A stretch of DNA of 35,591 nt from a virus (IMGVR_UViG_3300025528_000019:1-35591), one strand, 5' to 3'. Counted from the stretch's first letter, positions 15,005 to 24,506 are shown. Numbers and translations: made by a program. Notes: generated from the letters alone by a model not told the origin.

Positions 15005-16128
15005 GCCAGTGTCTGTAACTCGGCTTCGATGCTTTCGGCGCCCTGCTGGGGGTCCGCGCTGACGGTCACCCCCACCACCCGCTGGGTAGCTTCCACCGTC
15101 CGGAACTTAGACCGGACCAGGTCCCCCAGGACCCCACCCACGCAGTAGTCCAGGCCGTAGTAGGCCCCGCGGGTCTGGCGGGGTTCGTAGCTGAAGGTTT
15201 CCCGGGTCCGGGTTTCCTCGAGGGCGCGGGCGCCGGCCGCGTCCAGGGTACTGTTTGGGTTGATGCCGTCCGGGTAGTTCGTTTCGGCCACAAAGATTTC
15301 ACTGTCGTTGTCCGCCGCGTAGTCCGGGCCGGTCACCACCCGAATCGCCCGCAGATTGTTGTCACCCTTCCCGCCCACAATGGCCACCGTGGCTTCCTCG
15401 GTGCGGTCTCGCTCATAGACCGGGTTCACCACGTTGTCCCGCTCGAGGCTGAAGGACAGGACCGCGGTCCGGTCCACTCCCAGGGCCGGGTAGTACTCAA
15501 ACTCCCAGCTGTTCGGCCCGCTCTTGTTCAGTTCGAAATCAAAGCCCGCCGCGGTGGACAGCTTCTGCAGGGTGGTCAGCAGGTTGTCCCAGGCACAATA
15601 CCAGTCCAGGTTCGTCCCCCGGGCCAGGTCTGGCGCGGTGGTGACCGTGGTCCAGCTCGGGGTCCCGGTCCGGACCCGTCCGTTCCCGGTGGTGGCCGCT
15701 GACCCCAGGTTATAGTTGACCAGCGTCTTAGCGATGGTTTCCGGTTTGGCGTTCGAGAACGCGGACCGGCCGGCGGTGTTTGCATACCAGGCCACAATCC
15801 GGGTCCCCAGTATCCATTTCGCCCCGGGGATAGTCAGGGTGGCCAGGTCCCGGGTGGTCCGCTCGAGGCGCTGGGCCAGGAACAGGCCGCGGAAGTCACA
15901 GTACCAGTCCAGCCCGATGGCCTTATTGGAGCGCCAGATTTCCACCTGGCCCCGGTCCGCCCAGCGGGCCAGCCGGGGGTTCAGGCCGTGGAGGACCACC
16001 TTTGCCTGGCCTGGCTCGTTCAGGCGCTTGGAATAGGCCAGGCCCAGGAAGCCCCAGCCCCCGCTGGTGAATTCGGCCACCTTGATGCCAGCGGGGGTCA
16101 GCACGTCTATGCGGTAGGCTGGGGCCAT
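15001..16128 (-). CDS. Minor tail/baseplate protein (ReqiPepy6 Gp37-like)
   Basis: Position in the tail module; LNEPG, GFDFEL, FSLERDNV, TVAIVGGKG, LGDLV motifs. Confidence 0.65.
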   Translation of the reverse strand: MAPAYRIDVLTPAGIKVAEFTSGGWGFLGLAYSKRLNEPGQAKVVLHGLNPRLARWADRGQVEIWRSNKAIGLDWYCDFRGLFLAQRLERTTRDLATLTIPGAKWILGTRIVAWYANTAGRSAFSNAKPETIAKTLVNYNLGSAATTGNGRVRTGTPSWTTVTTAPDLARGTNLDWYCAWDNLLTTLQKLSTAAGFDFELNKSGPNSWEFEYYPALGVDRTAVLSFSLERDNVVNPVYERDRTEEATVAIVGGKGDNNLRAIRVVTGPDYAADNDSEIFVAETNYPDGINPNSTLDAAGARALEETRTRETFSYEPRQTRGAYYGLDYCVGGVLGDLVRSKFRTVEATQRVVGVTVSADPQQGAESIEAELQTLA

Positions 16129-16130
16129 GT

Positions 16131-17291
16131 CTACTCCGGGCCGATGGCCAGCCAGTACAGGCGGATGGTAGATGCATCCCCGCTGGTGTAGGTGTTTCTG
16201 TAGTCGTAATTGAAGCCGCTGGCGGTCACGCTGTTGAGCTTGGTTTCAAACCATCGCGGGTTATTCGACACCAGAAACACGATAGGCGGCGCGCTGAAGG
16301 CCTGGGGGAATGTCATGGTCTGACTGGGGGCGCCAGTTCCCGGGGCGGCGGTCACTTCCCGGACCCCGGCCTGGATGCGGACCGCTCCAGGCGTGTAGTC
16401 GTTCAGACCGCCAACGGACCAGTCTGTGGCGTGCCCGCCCTTCCGGCGGTAGAACTGGGGGACCCGGCTCCCCACCTTCGTGTCATCTACCGCGTCATTC
16501 GCCAGCTGGGCGGTCCCTACTCCACCGTTTGCAATCCCTACCGTGTCCGCAGCCACGCTGATACCCGTCCCAGCCCCTACGGCCAGGGGGGAACCGGCCC
16601 CGCCGGTCAGGCCGGCCCCGGCCACCGCAGCGGCCAGTTTTGCCGCGGTCACGGCGCCGTCCGCCAGCTGGGTGGTCCCCACCGCCCCGGCGGCCAGCTT
16701 GGCCTGGGTGACCGCCCCGGCGGCCAGTTTTGCCGCGGTCACGGCGCCGTCCGCCAGCTGGGCGGTGGAAACCGCCCCATTGACAATCTGGTTTGCCGTG
16801 ATGGCCAGGTTCGGCTGGGCAAACCCGCGCATGTCCGTCAGGGTGATGGTCCCGGCGGTGGTACAGGTGAAGGTAGCCACCGTCATGTCCCAGATGGTCC
16901 CGGCGGACTGGGTGGCCGCCGGAATGGCACTGACCCCGTCATTACTCGAGAGCAACACCAGCCGGACGGTCCGGGCGGCCACGTCCAGGCGCAACACCAC
17001 CCGGTAGCCCGTGGTCCCAAGCGTGGGCCGGGTGAAGGGGATGTTCTTGGTTGCGTCGTTTTCGTAGGGGTGGCCGTAGACCACGGCGGCCCCGGAGGCC
17101 ACGTCAATGGACGGATTGGCCCCGCTGTTCGCGGTGGGCGCCAGCTCCCCCCCGTAGCCCCGAAGGACGAACTGGGTGGCCGGGTCCCGCAGGAAGGTCC
17201 GGCGCAGCCACGCGATGACCTGCGCGCTGGTGTAGGGGCTGGCCCCGTCCCCGACGCCATCAGTGGTATGAAAGATTGAAAATTCGGCCAT
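16131..17291 (-). CDS. Tail fibre/baseplate protein with LAxGAVT repeats and a C-terminal beta-rich domain
   Basis: VASGAAVVYG N-terminal region; repeated QLADGAVTAAKLA; C-terminal TFPQAFSAPPIV...LYWLAIG. Confidence 0.7.
   Translation of the reverse strand: MAEFSIFHTTDGVGDGASPYTSAQVIAWLRRTFLRDPATQFVLRGYGGELAPTANSGANPSIDVASGAAVVYGHPYENDATKNIPFTRPTLGTTGYRVVLRLDVAARTVRLVLLSSNDGVSAIPAATQSAGTIWDMTVATFTCTTAGTITLTDMRGFAQPNLAITANQIVNGAVSTAQLADGAVTAAKLAAGAVTQAKLAAGAVGTTQLADGAVTAAKLAAAVAGAGLTGGAGSPLAVGAGTGISVAADTVGIANGGVGTAQLANDAVDDTKVGSRVPQFYRRKGGHATDWSVGGLNDYTPGAVRIQAGVREVTAAPGTGAPSQTMTFPQAFSAPPIVFLVSNNPRWFETKLNSVTASGFNYDYRNTYTSGDASTIRLYWLAIGPE
16631..16762. repeat. Direct repeat inside the tail fibre gene
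   Basis: CGGCCAGTTTTGCCGCGGTCACGGCGCCGTCCGCCAGCTGGG at 16631 and 16721, 90 bp apart. Confidence 0.8.
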
Positions 17292-17317
17292 GTGGGGGTC
17301 CCTCGTCTGGTGGTCTA

Positions 17318-17338
17318 TCCCTATAGGGGTGGCTGCAG
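17318..17338 (-). promoter_or_regulatory. Candidate late-promoter motif
   Basis: Minus strand CTGCAGCCACCCCTATAGGGA, intergenic upstream of the tail fibre gene. Confidence 0.55.
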
Positions 17339-18241
17339 TTACAGGCCCAGGTAGCGGGTGTTGTACGCCAGATAGACCTGGGTGGTGGTGTTGACGTTCG
17401 TCCCGGTGACCCGGATGGTGTTGACCCCGCCGGGCGCGTCCGGCCTCCGGGCCAGCCGGAAGGTGGACAGGTCACTGTCCTGGGTCAGCTCGTGAATGCG
17501 GTTGTCCTCGGGGTTCCCGCCAGCGTAGACCTCTTTGTAGCCGTAGCGGGTGTCTATCGTGTAGACATCGCTCCCGGACAGGGCCACCCCGGTAAAGTCC
17601 AGGACATCCCCGGTGGCCTCGTTCGTAATCACCGGGTTAGTGATGGGACCCCGAATGGTGATGACCGGGAAGGCGTCCCAGGTCCCCTGGTAGGCTATGG
17701 CCGTGGCCTGGTTCAGTACGCTGGTTCCCACATTCCAGGGGATGGCCAGCGGGACTTCCATCGCCCCGCCACCGCCCGAAATGCCGAAATTGACGGTCAC
17801 CACTTCCGGGTCATACCAGGTCGGGTCCGGGGCGCGCAGATTGACGATGACCCGCTGGGTGTCACCCCCATAGCGTTCGCTCGAGGGGAACGGGACCGGG
17901 GCGGCCAGGTAACAGTCAATCTGACGGACCCGCGGGCTGGCCTCGTCCCCGAAGGTCCACCGTAGGGACAGCGGCTGGTCCCGGGGCGCGAAAATATAGA
18001 CCAGCTCTTCCCGGGTGGTCCAGTAGTCATCCGCGTCCCCACCGGCCACCAGCAGGTCCAGCCGGATGAGCCGGGGGTCCAGTCGGAACCCGGTGTCCGT
18101 CACCCCATGCTGGTAGGGTCCGCGTTCCTCAAACCGGGTCACCGGGGGGAGGCCGAACCCCTCGTTTCCTAGATGCCACCGGCGGACCCGGTCCGATAGG
18201 TTAAAGACTTCCCCGGCCACGATGGCTTCGAGGGTGGTCAT
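17339..18241 (-). CDS. Distal tail protein (Dit)
   Basis: Directly after the tape measure gene; GPYQHG, PRLIRL, LRAPDPTWY, FPVITIRGPITNP, GVNTIRV, YNTRYLG. Confidence 0.8.
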   Translation of the reverse strand: MTTLEAIVAGEVFNLSDRVRRWHLGNEGFGLPPVTRFEERGPYQHGVTDTGFRLDPRLIRLDLLVAGGDADDYWTTREELVYIFAPRDQPLSLRWTFGDEASPRVRQIDCYLAAPVPFPSSERYGGDTQRVIVNLRAPDPTWYDPEVVTVNFGISGGGGAMEVPLAIPWNVGTSVLNQATAIAYQGTWDAFPVITIRGPITNPVITNEATGDVLDFTGVALSGSDVYTIDTRYGYKEVYAGGNPEDNRIHELTQDSDLSTFRLARRPDAPGGVNTIRVTGTNVNTTTQVYLAYNTRYLGL

Positions 18242-20376
18242 ATCCGCCCTCCCAGGCGCTGGGCCAGCGCGACTTCATCAGCCAGGGACCGGGCCTGGGT
18301 CCCTGGCGGGTAGTAGTAGTTGAACGTCCAGCTGTCCCGGCTCGAGCGGACTGTACTGGCCCCACTGCCCTGGGTCGTCGGGGCCGCGGTGGACTTCAGG
18401 GCCGCGTCCAGGGCCGGTATTTCCACCCGGGCCAGCTCGCCCATGTGGGTCCGAACCCCGCGCAGGCCCCATTCCCAGGGGGTGGGGGACCCGGGGGTCA
18501 TCCAGTCCGGGAGTGACATGCTGTCCAACTTGCGCTGCAGGTCCCGCAGCCGGTCCAGGACCCAGCCCACCGCGCTGGCCACCCCGTCCAGGCCGCCGGC
18601 CGCGCCATCCACCAGGCTCTTGAAGCTGTCCAGGGCGGACCGTATCGGCCCCTCGAGCTGGCGGCCCAGCTCCTCCAGGACCGGCTTGACCGCGGTGGTG
18701 ATGGCCTGGCCGATGGCCTCCAGGACCGGGATGACATTGTCCTGAATGAAGGCCCAGACTTTTTGCAGGGCCGGCTGCAGGGTCTGGGTCCACAGCTGGG
18801 CCAGCAGCCGGACCGCAGCCATCAGGGCGGCGATGTAGACCTGGACGAGTGCCACCAGGATGGGGATAATGTAAGCGTCCAGGAAGCCCCAGACCGCCTG
18901 CAGGGCCGGCTGCAGCGTTCCCGTCCAGAATTGGGCCAGCGTCGTCAGGGCGCCGGTCAGCGTGGTGGCCAGCCAGGTCATCAGGACCTGTAGGGTGGGG
19001 AACAGCGGATTGTTCAGCCAGGCCCAGACCCGCTGAATGGCCGGCTGCAGGGTGGTGGTCCAGAACGTGGCCAGGGTGGTCAGGGCCTGGGTCAGCGTGG
19101 CCTGTAGCCAGGAGGCCAGCTGCTGGAAGGTCGGCTGGAGGTAGGCCCAGACCGCGGCAACCTTTTCCTGAATGCCCCCCCAGTTATTGTCCCAGGCGGC
19201 CTTCAGTAAGGCCACCGCGGCCCCGATGGCCAGGACCGGGAGAATGACCGGGGCCAGGGCCGTGATGGTCGCGGTGGCGCTGGCATAGGCGGCCGTAGCC
19301 CAGGCCCAGAACGCAGGGACCACCACCGCCAGCAGCATGGCGGCCAGCCCTGCCATGATGGGCTGAATGTTCGCCACCACCAGGGCCACCAGCGGCTGGG
19401 CCTGGACCCAGATGTCCTGGAAGGCCTGACCCGCGGCGGCCAGGGCCGCCTGGACGGTGGCCAGGGTGGGCTGCAGGCTGACCCAGGCCGCCATCATGGC
19501 CGGGATGGCCGTGGTGGCCAGCCAGGTGATGGCCCCGCCTATTTGGGCCGCTAGGGTATCCGCCAGGCGCTGCAGGAGGGGCTGGTTCGCCTCGAGCCAG
19601 GTATTAACCTGGGCGATGCCCGCGCTGAAGGCGTCAAACACTGGCTTGCTGGCCTGGGCGGCCAGGTTGACCAGCGTGTCCTGCAGGGTGGACAGGCGGC
19701 CGGACGCGGTTCCGGCCAGGCCGGTGACCAGGTCACTGTCCAGGCCCAGCTCGAGCATGGCCGTTCGGACGGCCTCGAGGGCTGGGACCCCCTGCTCTTT
19801 GAGCTCGTTGAGCCTTTGCCGTGGCAAGTTGAAGCGCTCTATGATGCTAGTGAAATCCCCGCTCAAAGCCTCCTTGAGCGAGAATGCCGCGCCGGCCAGG
19901 CCCTCGGCGGGGTTCGATGCGCCCAGGATTTCGGCCAGCTCGATTAGTTCCTCGAGCCCCTTCCCGCTGGCCTTGCTGGCCGGTAGCAGGGCGGTGGCCG
20001 CCTGGGCCATGTCCTCGAATGCGAACGGTGTTTCAGCCGCCCGCCGCTTAATCATCTCGAGGATTTCAGCTGACTTGTTCCCGTCCTTCGTGAAGGCGTT
20101 CAGCTGCGCCGTCACGATTTCCATGCTGTCGTTGAACTTAAACCCAGCGGTAGCCCCTTCCCAGAGGCTTCCGCCAAGTTTGGTCAACAGGTTCCCAGCG
20201 ATGTAGCCAGCAGCGGTCCCCAGGGCCGTGCTGACCCCCTTCCCCAGCGCCTCAAACCGGGACTGTATAGACGCAGCGGACCGGTCCCCGGCCTTCTCGG
20301 CCTGGCCCAGCCGCTGGTTATACTCGCTGTCATCCAGCTTCAGGCGTGCCAGGAGTTCGCCTACTACCAAAGCCAT
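18238..20376 (-). CDS. Tape measure protein
   Basis: VVGELLARLKLDDSEY N-terminus, AAETPF...SGRLSTL tape-measure domain, Trp/Leu-rich helical repeats, LPDWMTPGSP. Confidence 0.9.
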   Translation of the reverse strand: MALVVGELLARLKLDDSEYNQRLGQAEKAGDRSAASIQSRFEALGKGVSTALGTAAGYIAGNLLTKLGGSLWEGATAGFKFNDSMEIVTAQLNAFTKDGNKSAEILEMIKRRAAETPFAFEDMAQAATALLPASKASGKGLEELIELAEILGASNPAEGLAGAAFSLKEALSGDFTSIIERFNLPRQRLNELKEQGVPALEAVRTAMLELGLDSDLVTGLAGTASGRLSTLQDTLVNLAAQASKPVFDAFSAGIAQVNTWLEANQPLLQRLADTLAAQIGGAITWLATTAIPAMMAAWVSLQPTLATVQAALAAAGQAFQDIWVQAQPLVALVVANIQPIMAGLAAMLLAVVVPAFWAWATAAYASATATITALAPVILPVLAIGAAVALLKAAWDNNWGGIQEKVAAVWAYLQPTFQQLASWLQATLTQALTTLATFWTTTLQPAIQRVWAWLNNPLFPTLQVLMTWLATTLTGALTTLAQFWTGTLQPALQAVWGFLDAYIIPILVALVQVYIAALMAAVRLLAQLWTQTLQPALQKVWAFIQDNVIPVLEAIGQAITTAVKPVLEELGRQLEGPIRSALDSFKSLVDGAAGGLDGVASAVGWVLDRLRDLQRKLDSMSLPDWMTPGSPTPWEWGLRGVRTHMGELARVEIPALDAALKSTAAPTTQGSGASTVRSSRDSWTFNYYYPPGTQARSLADEVALAQRLGGRI

Positions 20377-20396
20377 AGGGGTGGCCTCGAGGGGTG

Positions 20397-20642
20397 TCAG
20401 CGTTTACCACGGAACCGGGCCTTGATGGCCTCGGCTATTTCCTTGGGGTCAGACAGGACGGGCCCAGAGGAACGGGCCCGCTTGCCGTCCTTGGCCATGC
20501 GGTGGATGAATACAGCCTCTGGGGACAGACCAGCCAGTAGGGTGGAGAACCGGCGCCAGGTCATGGACCACAGGGCCCGGGACAGGTCCAGGCCGTATTC
20601 CCGTTGAAAGTCGGCCTCTACCAGGGCCCAGTGGTCCAGCAC
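20397..20642 (-). CDS. Tail assembly chaperone, second (T) segment
   Basis: WALVEADFQREYGLDL...MTWRRFSTLLAGL; in the -1 frame relative to the upstream chaperone and just before the tape measure gene. Confidence 0.7.
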   Translation of the reverse strand: MLDHWALVEADFQREYGLDLSRALWSMTWRRFSTLLAGLSPEAVFIHRMAKDGKRARSSGPVLSDPKEIAEAIKARFRGKR

Positions 20643-20653
20643 ATCCTCAACAG

Positions 20654-21031
20654 TTACGCCTGGGCCGGAGTCTGAGGGTCCACCGGGGCCTCGCCGTCCG
20701 GTGGGGCCTCGCCGTAGGCCTGCATGGCCCAGCCAATCAGGTCAATCATCTGTTCGATGTCCAGGGGCTTGTAGCCACTGCCCGGGGGCGGGTTCAGCCA
20801 CTGGGTGTAGCGGTGCTGGCCGAACAGGGCCAGGAACAGCTTGACAATGACCCCCTCATCCAAGGCCGCGTTGGCGTCCATCCCCCTCAGCCGCTCCACC
20901 ATGAGCAGGACCGGGGCCGGCAGGCTGGCCGGCAGGTGGTGTTCCTGGCCGTGGAACCTGAGGATAACGGCCCGCTCTTGCTTCTCCTGGAAGAACTGGT
21001 CAAAGTCCTTATAGATGACCTTCCGCGCCAT
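20654..21031 (-). CDS. Tail assembly chaperone (G)
   Basis: Between tail tube and tape measure; KDFDQFFQE...LPASLP; AGGGGGG RBS. Confidence 0.7.
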   Translation of the reverse strand: MARKVIYKDFDQFFQEKQERAVILRFHGQEHHLPASLPAPVLLMVERLRGMDANAALDEGVIVKLFLALFGQHRYTQWLNPPPGSGYKPLDIEQMIDLIGWAMQAYGEAPPDGEAPVDPQTPAQA

Positions 21032-21365
21032 TTTTCCCCCCTGGTGTCCTGCTGGGCCTGGGCCGGTTCAGGCTCCCATACAGTCCGGCCACGTCCGCCT
21101 CGAGCCGGACCAGCGTTTCAGCTTGCTGGGCCAGCTGGGTGTTCACTCCCTGTAGGGTTCCTTGCAGGGCTGTCAGGGCCTGGGTGTTGTTGGTCAGGGC
21201 CTGGATGACCCGGTCCTCTCGAGCGTAGGCCGCGTCCCGCTGGGCCCGCCGCTCTTCCACGTAGGCCGGCCACACCTTGTCCCGGACCCACGGGGCCAGG
21301 AAGGCGACCACCGTGGCCAGCCAGGGGGAGAGGCCCACCAGGGCGTCATACAGCTGTTTGTCCAT
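21009..21365 (-). CDS. Single-TM coiled-coil protein (BhlA/UviB holin-like architecture)
   Basis: N-terminal hydrophobic helix, then AREDRVIQALTNNTQAL coiled coil. Confidence 0.5.
   Translation of the reverse strand: MDKQLYDALVGLSPWLATVVAFLAPWVRDKVWPAYVEERRAQRDAAYAREDRVIQALTNNTQALTALQGTLQGVNTQLAQQAETLVRLEADVAGLYGSLNRPRPSRTPGGKNGAEGHL
21147..21167 (-). promoter_or_regulatory. Candidate late-promoter motif (intragenic)
   Basis: Minus strand CTGCAAGGAACCCTACAGGGA with the same spacing as the other copies; upstream of the chaperone and tape measure genes. Confidence 0.4.
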
Positions 21366-21381
21366 GGTCGTTTCAGTGCGA

Positions 21382-21412
21382 AGGGCCTGGCCCGGTGGTC
21401 AGGCCAGGCCCT
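21382..21412 (-). terminator. Hairpin after the tail tube gene
   Basis: AGGGCCTGGCC/GGCCAGGCCCT stem with a weak U-tract. Confidence 0.5.
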
Positions 21413-21440
21413 CGAGGGCTACAATGTGATGGTCCGGGGA

Positions 21441-21917
21441 TCAGGGGGAAACAGCGTCCGGGTCAAACATGCCGGTCAACGTGGGCTTCCCCTTGAAGGT
21501 CAGCGCATACGAGTGCGACAGCTTATCGTTGTTGCCGCCCCCCTTTTCGCCCCGCTTGACGGTCACCCGGCCCTGGATTGCCCCAGACAGGGCGGGGTCC
21601 CGCGGCTCGACTTTGAACAGGACGTAACCCCGGACCCCCGGGGTCCGGGCCGCGCTGTCCAGGATTTTCTGGCCCGGGTCCGGGGCGCCGGTGTCCGGGT
21701 CCACCAGGCTATTGACGTCCAGGGACAGGCCGGCCTTGATGCTGGCAATGATGCTATTCTCCCACCCCGCATCATCAAAGTCCGTCACGTCCGTGTCCGT
21801 GCCCTCCTCGGTCCAGCTCCAGGAAGTGATGCCGCCCACTTCCACGTACGTGGGGGTCTCGGCGGGGACGGCGACGCTGAACTTGAAGTCTCGCGCCAGG
21901 TATTCCTCAGCTGCCAT
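21441..21917 (-). CDS. Major tail tube protein
   Basis: YVEVGGITSWS, DVTDFDDAGWE, DPGQ, C-terminal YALTFKGKP. Confidence 0.8.
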   Translation of the reverse strand: MAAEEYLARDFKFSVAVPAETPTYVEVGGITSWSWTEEGTDTDVTDFDDAGWENSIIASIKAGLSLDVNSLVDPDTGAPDPGQKILDSAARTPGVRGYVLFKVEPRDPALSGAIQGRVTVKRGEKGGGNNDKLSHSYALTFKGKPTLTGMFDPDAVSP

Positions 21918-21922
21918 GGTGG

Positions 21923-22318
21923 CTACTCCCTATGGGTGGTCTGGTTGCGGATGGTCAAGGCCAGGTTCAGGGTGTACTCTTGGCGCCCGGCCTGGTCGCG
22001 CCCGATGTTGACGGGGGCTGGCTGGATGGCATTGCAGCCCACCAGGTAGTAGCCCCCCAGCTGGTAGTGGTCCAGCCCGTGTAGCCGGCTATAGGCGGCC
22101 AGCAGCCAGTCATAGGCGGCCTGTGGGTCCATGTCCCGGGACCGCAGCTGGACGGTCAGGGTGTCCCACCCCAGGCGTCCGTCTGGGGCCACCCCACCCG
22201 TGTGGAACACGGCCCGGGCCGCGTCCGGCTGGCTGGGTAGGTAGTCCACGAACAGGTCCCCTCCCACGGTCCCCAGCCCCTGGGCCACCAGGTAGTCAGC
22301 TACCGCTCGAGCCAGCAT
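21923..22318 (-). CDS. Tail terminator/completion protein
   Basis: AVADYL...GLG...LFVDYLP.QPD, VQLRSR, IGRDQAGRQEYTLN; located before the tail tube gene. Confidence 0.7.
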   Translation of the reverse strand: MLARAVADYLVAQGLGTVGGDLFVDYLPSQPDAARAVFHTGGVAPDGRLGWDTLTVQLRSRDMDPQAAYDWLLAAYSRLHGLDHYQLGGYYLVGCNAIQPAPVNIGRDQAGRQEYTLNLALTIRNQTTHRE

Positions 22319-22665
22319 TAGGACAGCCTCCGTTTGACCCCAGCCGCTATGACCTTGAGCAGGTCCTGTCCGTGGGCCTTCAGGGGGTCCTCCAAATACT
22401 TGGCCTTCCCCCCATTGGGGTGTTGGTAGCTCAGTTCCTCGTGCTGGCGGACCGCGTAGTCCGTGTCATACGCCACCCCGGCCTCGAGGGCCCCCGGGTC
22501 CACCATGGCCACCCCGGTGGATTTCAGGGCCCCGGTGTCCACCGGGACCTCTGGCTGGGACCAGACCAGCAGCCGGTCCGCCGCGTCCCCCAGACCATCC
22601 ACGGCCCCGGCCCTGGCCCGGGCCTTGGCTTCCTGGGTGTTCCACTTAGAGAGGGGCTTGGTCAT
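22318..22665 (-). CDS. HK97 gp10-like neck/tail-completion protein
   Basis: VPVDTGALKST, YDTDYAVRQHE, GGKAKYLEDP. Confidence 0.8.
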   Translation of the reverse strand: MTKPLSKWNTQEAKARARAGAVDGLGDAADRLLVWSQPEVPVDTGALKSTGVAMVDPGALEAGVAYDTDYAVRQHEELSYQHPNGGKAKYLEDPLKAHGQDLLKVIAAGVKRRLS

Positions 22666-23047
22666 CCGGGGTCACCTTCCGCCGGGTGATGATGGCCTTG
22701 ACGCTGGCCGCCAAAGATGTGTCAGCGTCCACCCAGGCCACGTTCCACACCACCCCCGCTATCCTGACCACCTGGGTGTCCACCAGGGCTGTCCCCCACG
22801 GCAGGGACAGGACAGCGGTCAGTTCCCCCAGCCGGCCCGCGTTGGCCAGGGCCTGGACCAGGGCCTGGTCCCGGCCTGTCACCTGGCTGACCTGGCCCTT
22901 GACCGTGGCCACCACTGTCAGGGTGGTGGTGGGGCGCCCAAAGGCGTCAAGGACCCGGGCCTGGTTGCAGATGTCCACCGGGGTGGGGAAGTAGCCGGCG
23001 GTGGCCTGCCGGATGGTGGCCAGGGTCAGCAGGTCTACGGGGTCCAT
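22646..23047 (-). CDS. Head-closure/head-tail joining protein
   Basis: Gene order; DAFGRP, LSLPWGT...DTQVVRIAG. Start at ATG 23047. Confidence 0.55.
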   Translation of the reverse strand: MDPVDLLTLATIRQATAGYFPTPVDICNQARVLDAFGRPTTTLTVVATVKGQVSQVTGRDQALVQALANAGRLGELTAVLSLPWGTALVDTQVVRIAGVVWNVAWVDADTSLAASVKAIITRRKVTPDDQAPL

Positions 23048-23475
23048 GCGGGGTCCACCAGTCCGTCCCACTGGTCCATGTGGTGGGTGGTCTGGTCCCG
23101 GCCAGCCCCCACCACCACACCCCAGCTGGGGTCGTCGCCGTCAGCGGTTTCAGCCAGGATGGCCTGGGTGGCCAGGTCCTGGGCCACCCGGGCCCAGGCC
23201 TCAGCCCGGCCCTTCAGGTCCACCTGGGTCCCGCCGCTCGAGAAGGACGCCTGTTTCCGATAGCGGCGCTCGAGGGCCACGGCCACCTGGTGGGCTGTCC
23301 GGTACACCCTGACCAGCTGGGACAGGCTGTCGTCCTGTAGGTCATACAGGGCCTGGATTTCCTCGTCCTGGACTTCGGCGGTGGACGCTTGGATGTCCTG
23401 GACCAGCCACCGGACCGCGCTGGTCACATCTCCACTGGCTGGGTTGATTTGGGTGGGCGTGTAGGTAAAGGCCAT
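23035..23475 (-). CDS. Head-tail adaptor protein
   Basis: Directly after the capsid gene; MAFTY, VRWLVQD...DEEI; GAGGGA RBS. Confidence 0.65.
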   Translation of the reverse strand: MAFTYTPTQINPASGDVTSAVRWLVQDIQASTAEVQDEEIQALYDLQDDSLSQLVRVYRTAHQVAVALERRYRKQASFSSGGTQVDLKGRAEAWARVAQDLATQAILAETADGDDPSWGVVVGAGRDQTTHHMDQWDGLVDPAWTP

Positions 23476-23501
23476 GGGTCCCTCGAGGGGTGAATGGGGG
23501 A

Positions 23502-23536
23502 CGGGGTCCAGGGCGAAGGCGCCACCCTGGACCCCG
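23502..23536 (-). terminator. Hairpin after the major capsid gene
   Basis: CGGGGTCCAGGG/CCCTGGACCCCG 12-bp stem just past the capsid stop; no strong U-tract. Confidence 0.5.
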
Positions 23537-23540
23537 GGGA

Positions 23541-24458
23541 CTACGCCGGCTGGGCCGTCTGGACCTGGACAGCGTGGTCACCCCGCAGCTTGGCCACACC
23601 ATAGAGCATGTCCAGGGTCACCTGGTAGCCCAGGTGGTCCGGGCTGTAGCTCATGGTGATGCGGATGCCCACCCCGTCCTCACTCATCACCCGCTGGGTG
23701 ACGCCAAGGCCGTCCGGGGCCACCGGCAGGGGCCGGGTCACCAGGGTGATGGCGTCCCGGTGGAGGAAGAGATTCCGGTCCTTGTTCGGGGTGCCGGCCA
23801 GGACCGGGACCTGCTGGGACATGACCACGTTGAAGCCCCGGTACTGGCCGGCGAAGCCCTGGCGAACGGCCTGCTCGGCCTGGTCGCCCGTGTAGTCCCG
23901 GCTCTTGACCTCGCTGAACTGGAGGAACGCGGCCTCCGCGTCCGGGCTCAGGATTGCCCAGCGGCCACTGGTGGGGACCTTGGCCTTGTTCATCTTCGTG
24001 CGGACGGCGATGAACGTGGAGTCGTCGAACGTGCTGGTGGCGTCCACCAGCTGGGCGCCCGTGAAGCTCGCGGCCAGGGCCAGGATGTCCGCGTCCAGCT
24101 GCTCGGCCAGCTTGGCCATGCCATCGTCCATGTAGCCCTGAAGGAGCGCAGGACGGGCCAGAATGCGCCCCACATCCTCGAGCAAGAACGACACTTCCTT
24201 GTGCTTGTTCAGGGTGACGCTGACCTTGGTCGTGCTGGGGTTCTGGAGCGTCACCGCCGTGTTCTCTGCCTTGTCGTTGACGGTCAGAGCGCCACGGATG
24301 GGGATGTCCACGGTCTTTCCGTGGGTGGCCACTTCGTTCTCGTAGTCGCGGTTGACCAGCCGGGCCGCGACGGTCGTCGCCTTCAGGTAGCCAAGGGCCC
24401 GGGCCGCCACCAGGGTGGCAATGGCATTGGCCGTCTCGGTTGACGTGATGTTCGGCAC
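23541..24458 (-). CDS. Major capsid protein (HK97 fold, P22-coat-like family)
   Basis: LVNRDYENEV..GKTVDIP, VTLNKHK, LAEQLDADIL, GQYRGFNVVMSQ, FLHRDAITLVTRPL, DMLYGV. Confidence 0.9.
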   Translation of the reverse strand: MPNITSTETANAIATLVAARALGYLKATTVAARLVNRDYENEVATHGKTVDIPIRGALTVNDKAENTAVTLQNPSTTKVSVTLNKHKEVSFLLEDVGRILARPALLQGYMDDGMAKLAEQLDADILALAASFTGAQLVDATSTFDDSTFIAVRTKMNKAKVPTSGRWAILSPDAEAAFLQFSEVKSRDYTGDQAEQAVRQGFAGQYRGFNVVMSQQVPVLAGTPNKDRNLFLHRDAITLVTRPLPVAPDGLGVTQRVMSEDGVGIRITMSYSPDHLGYQVTLDMLYGVAKLRGDHAVQVQTAQPA

Positions 24459-24506
24459 AGTAGGTTCCTCTGTGTGGGTCAGGGCCGCTGGGCTACCAGG
24501 CCGGGG

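Noticed and set aside
14192-17291. Diversity-generating retroelement or invertible tail-fibre cassette
   Set aside because: No reverse transcriptase or invertase is recognisable; the 16631/16721 duplication is an in-frame structural repeat without adenine-specific differences.
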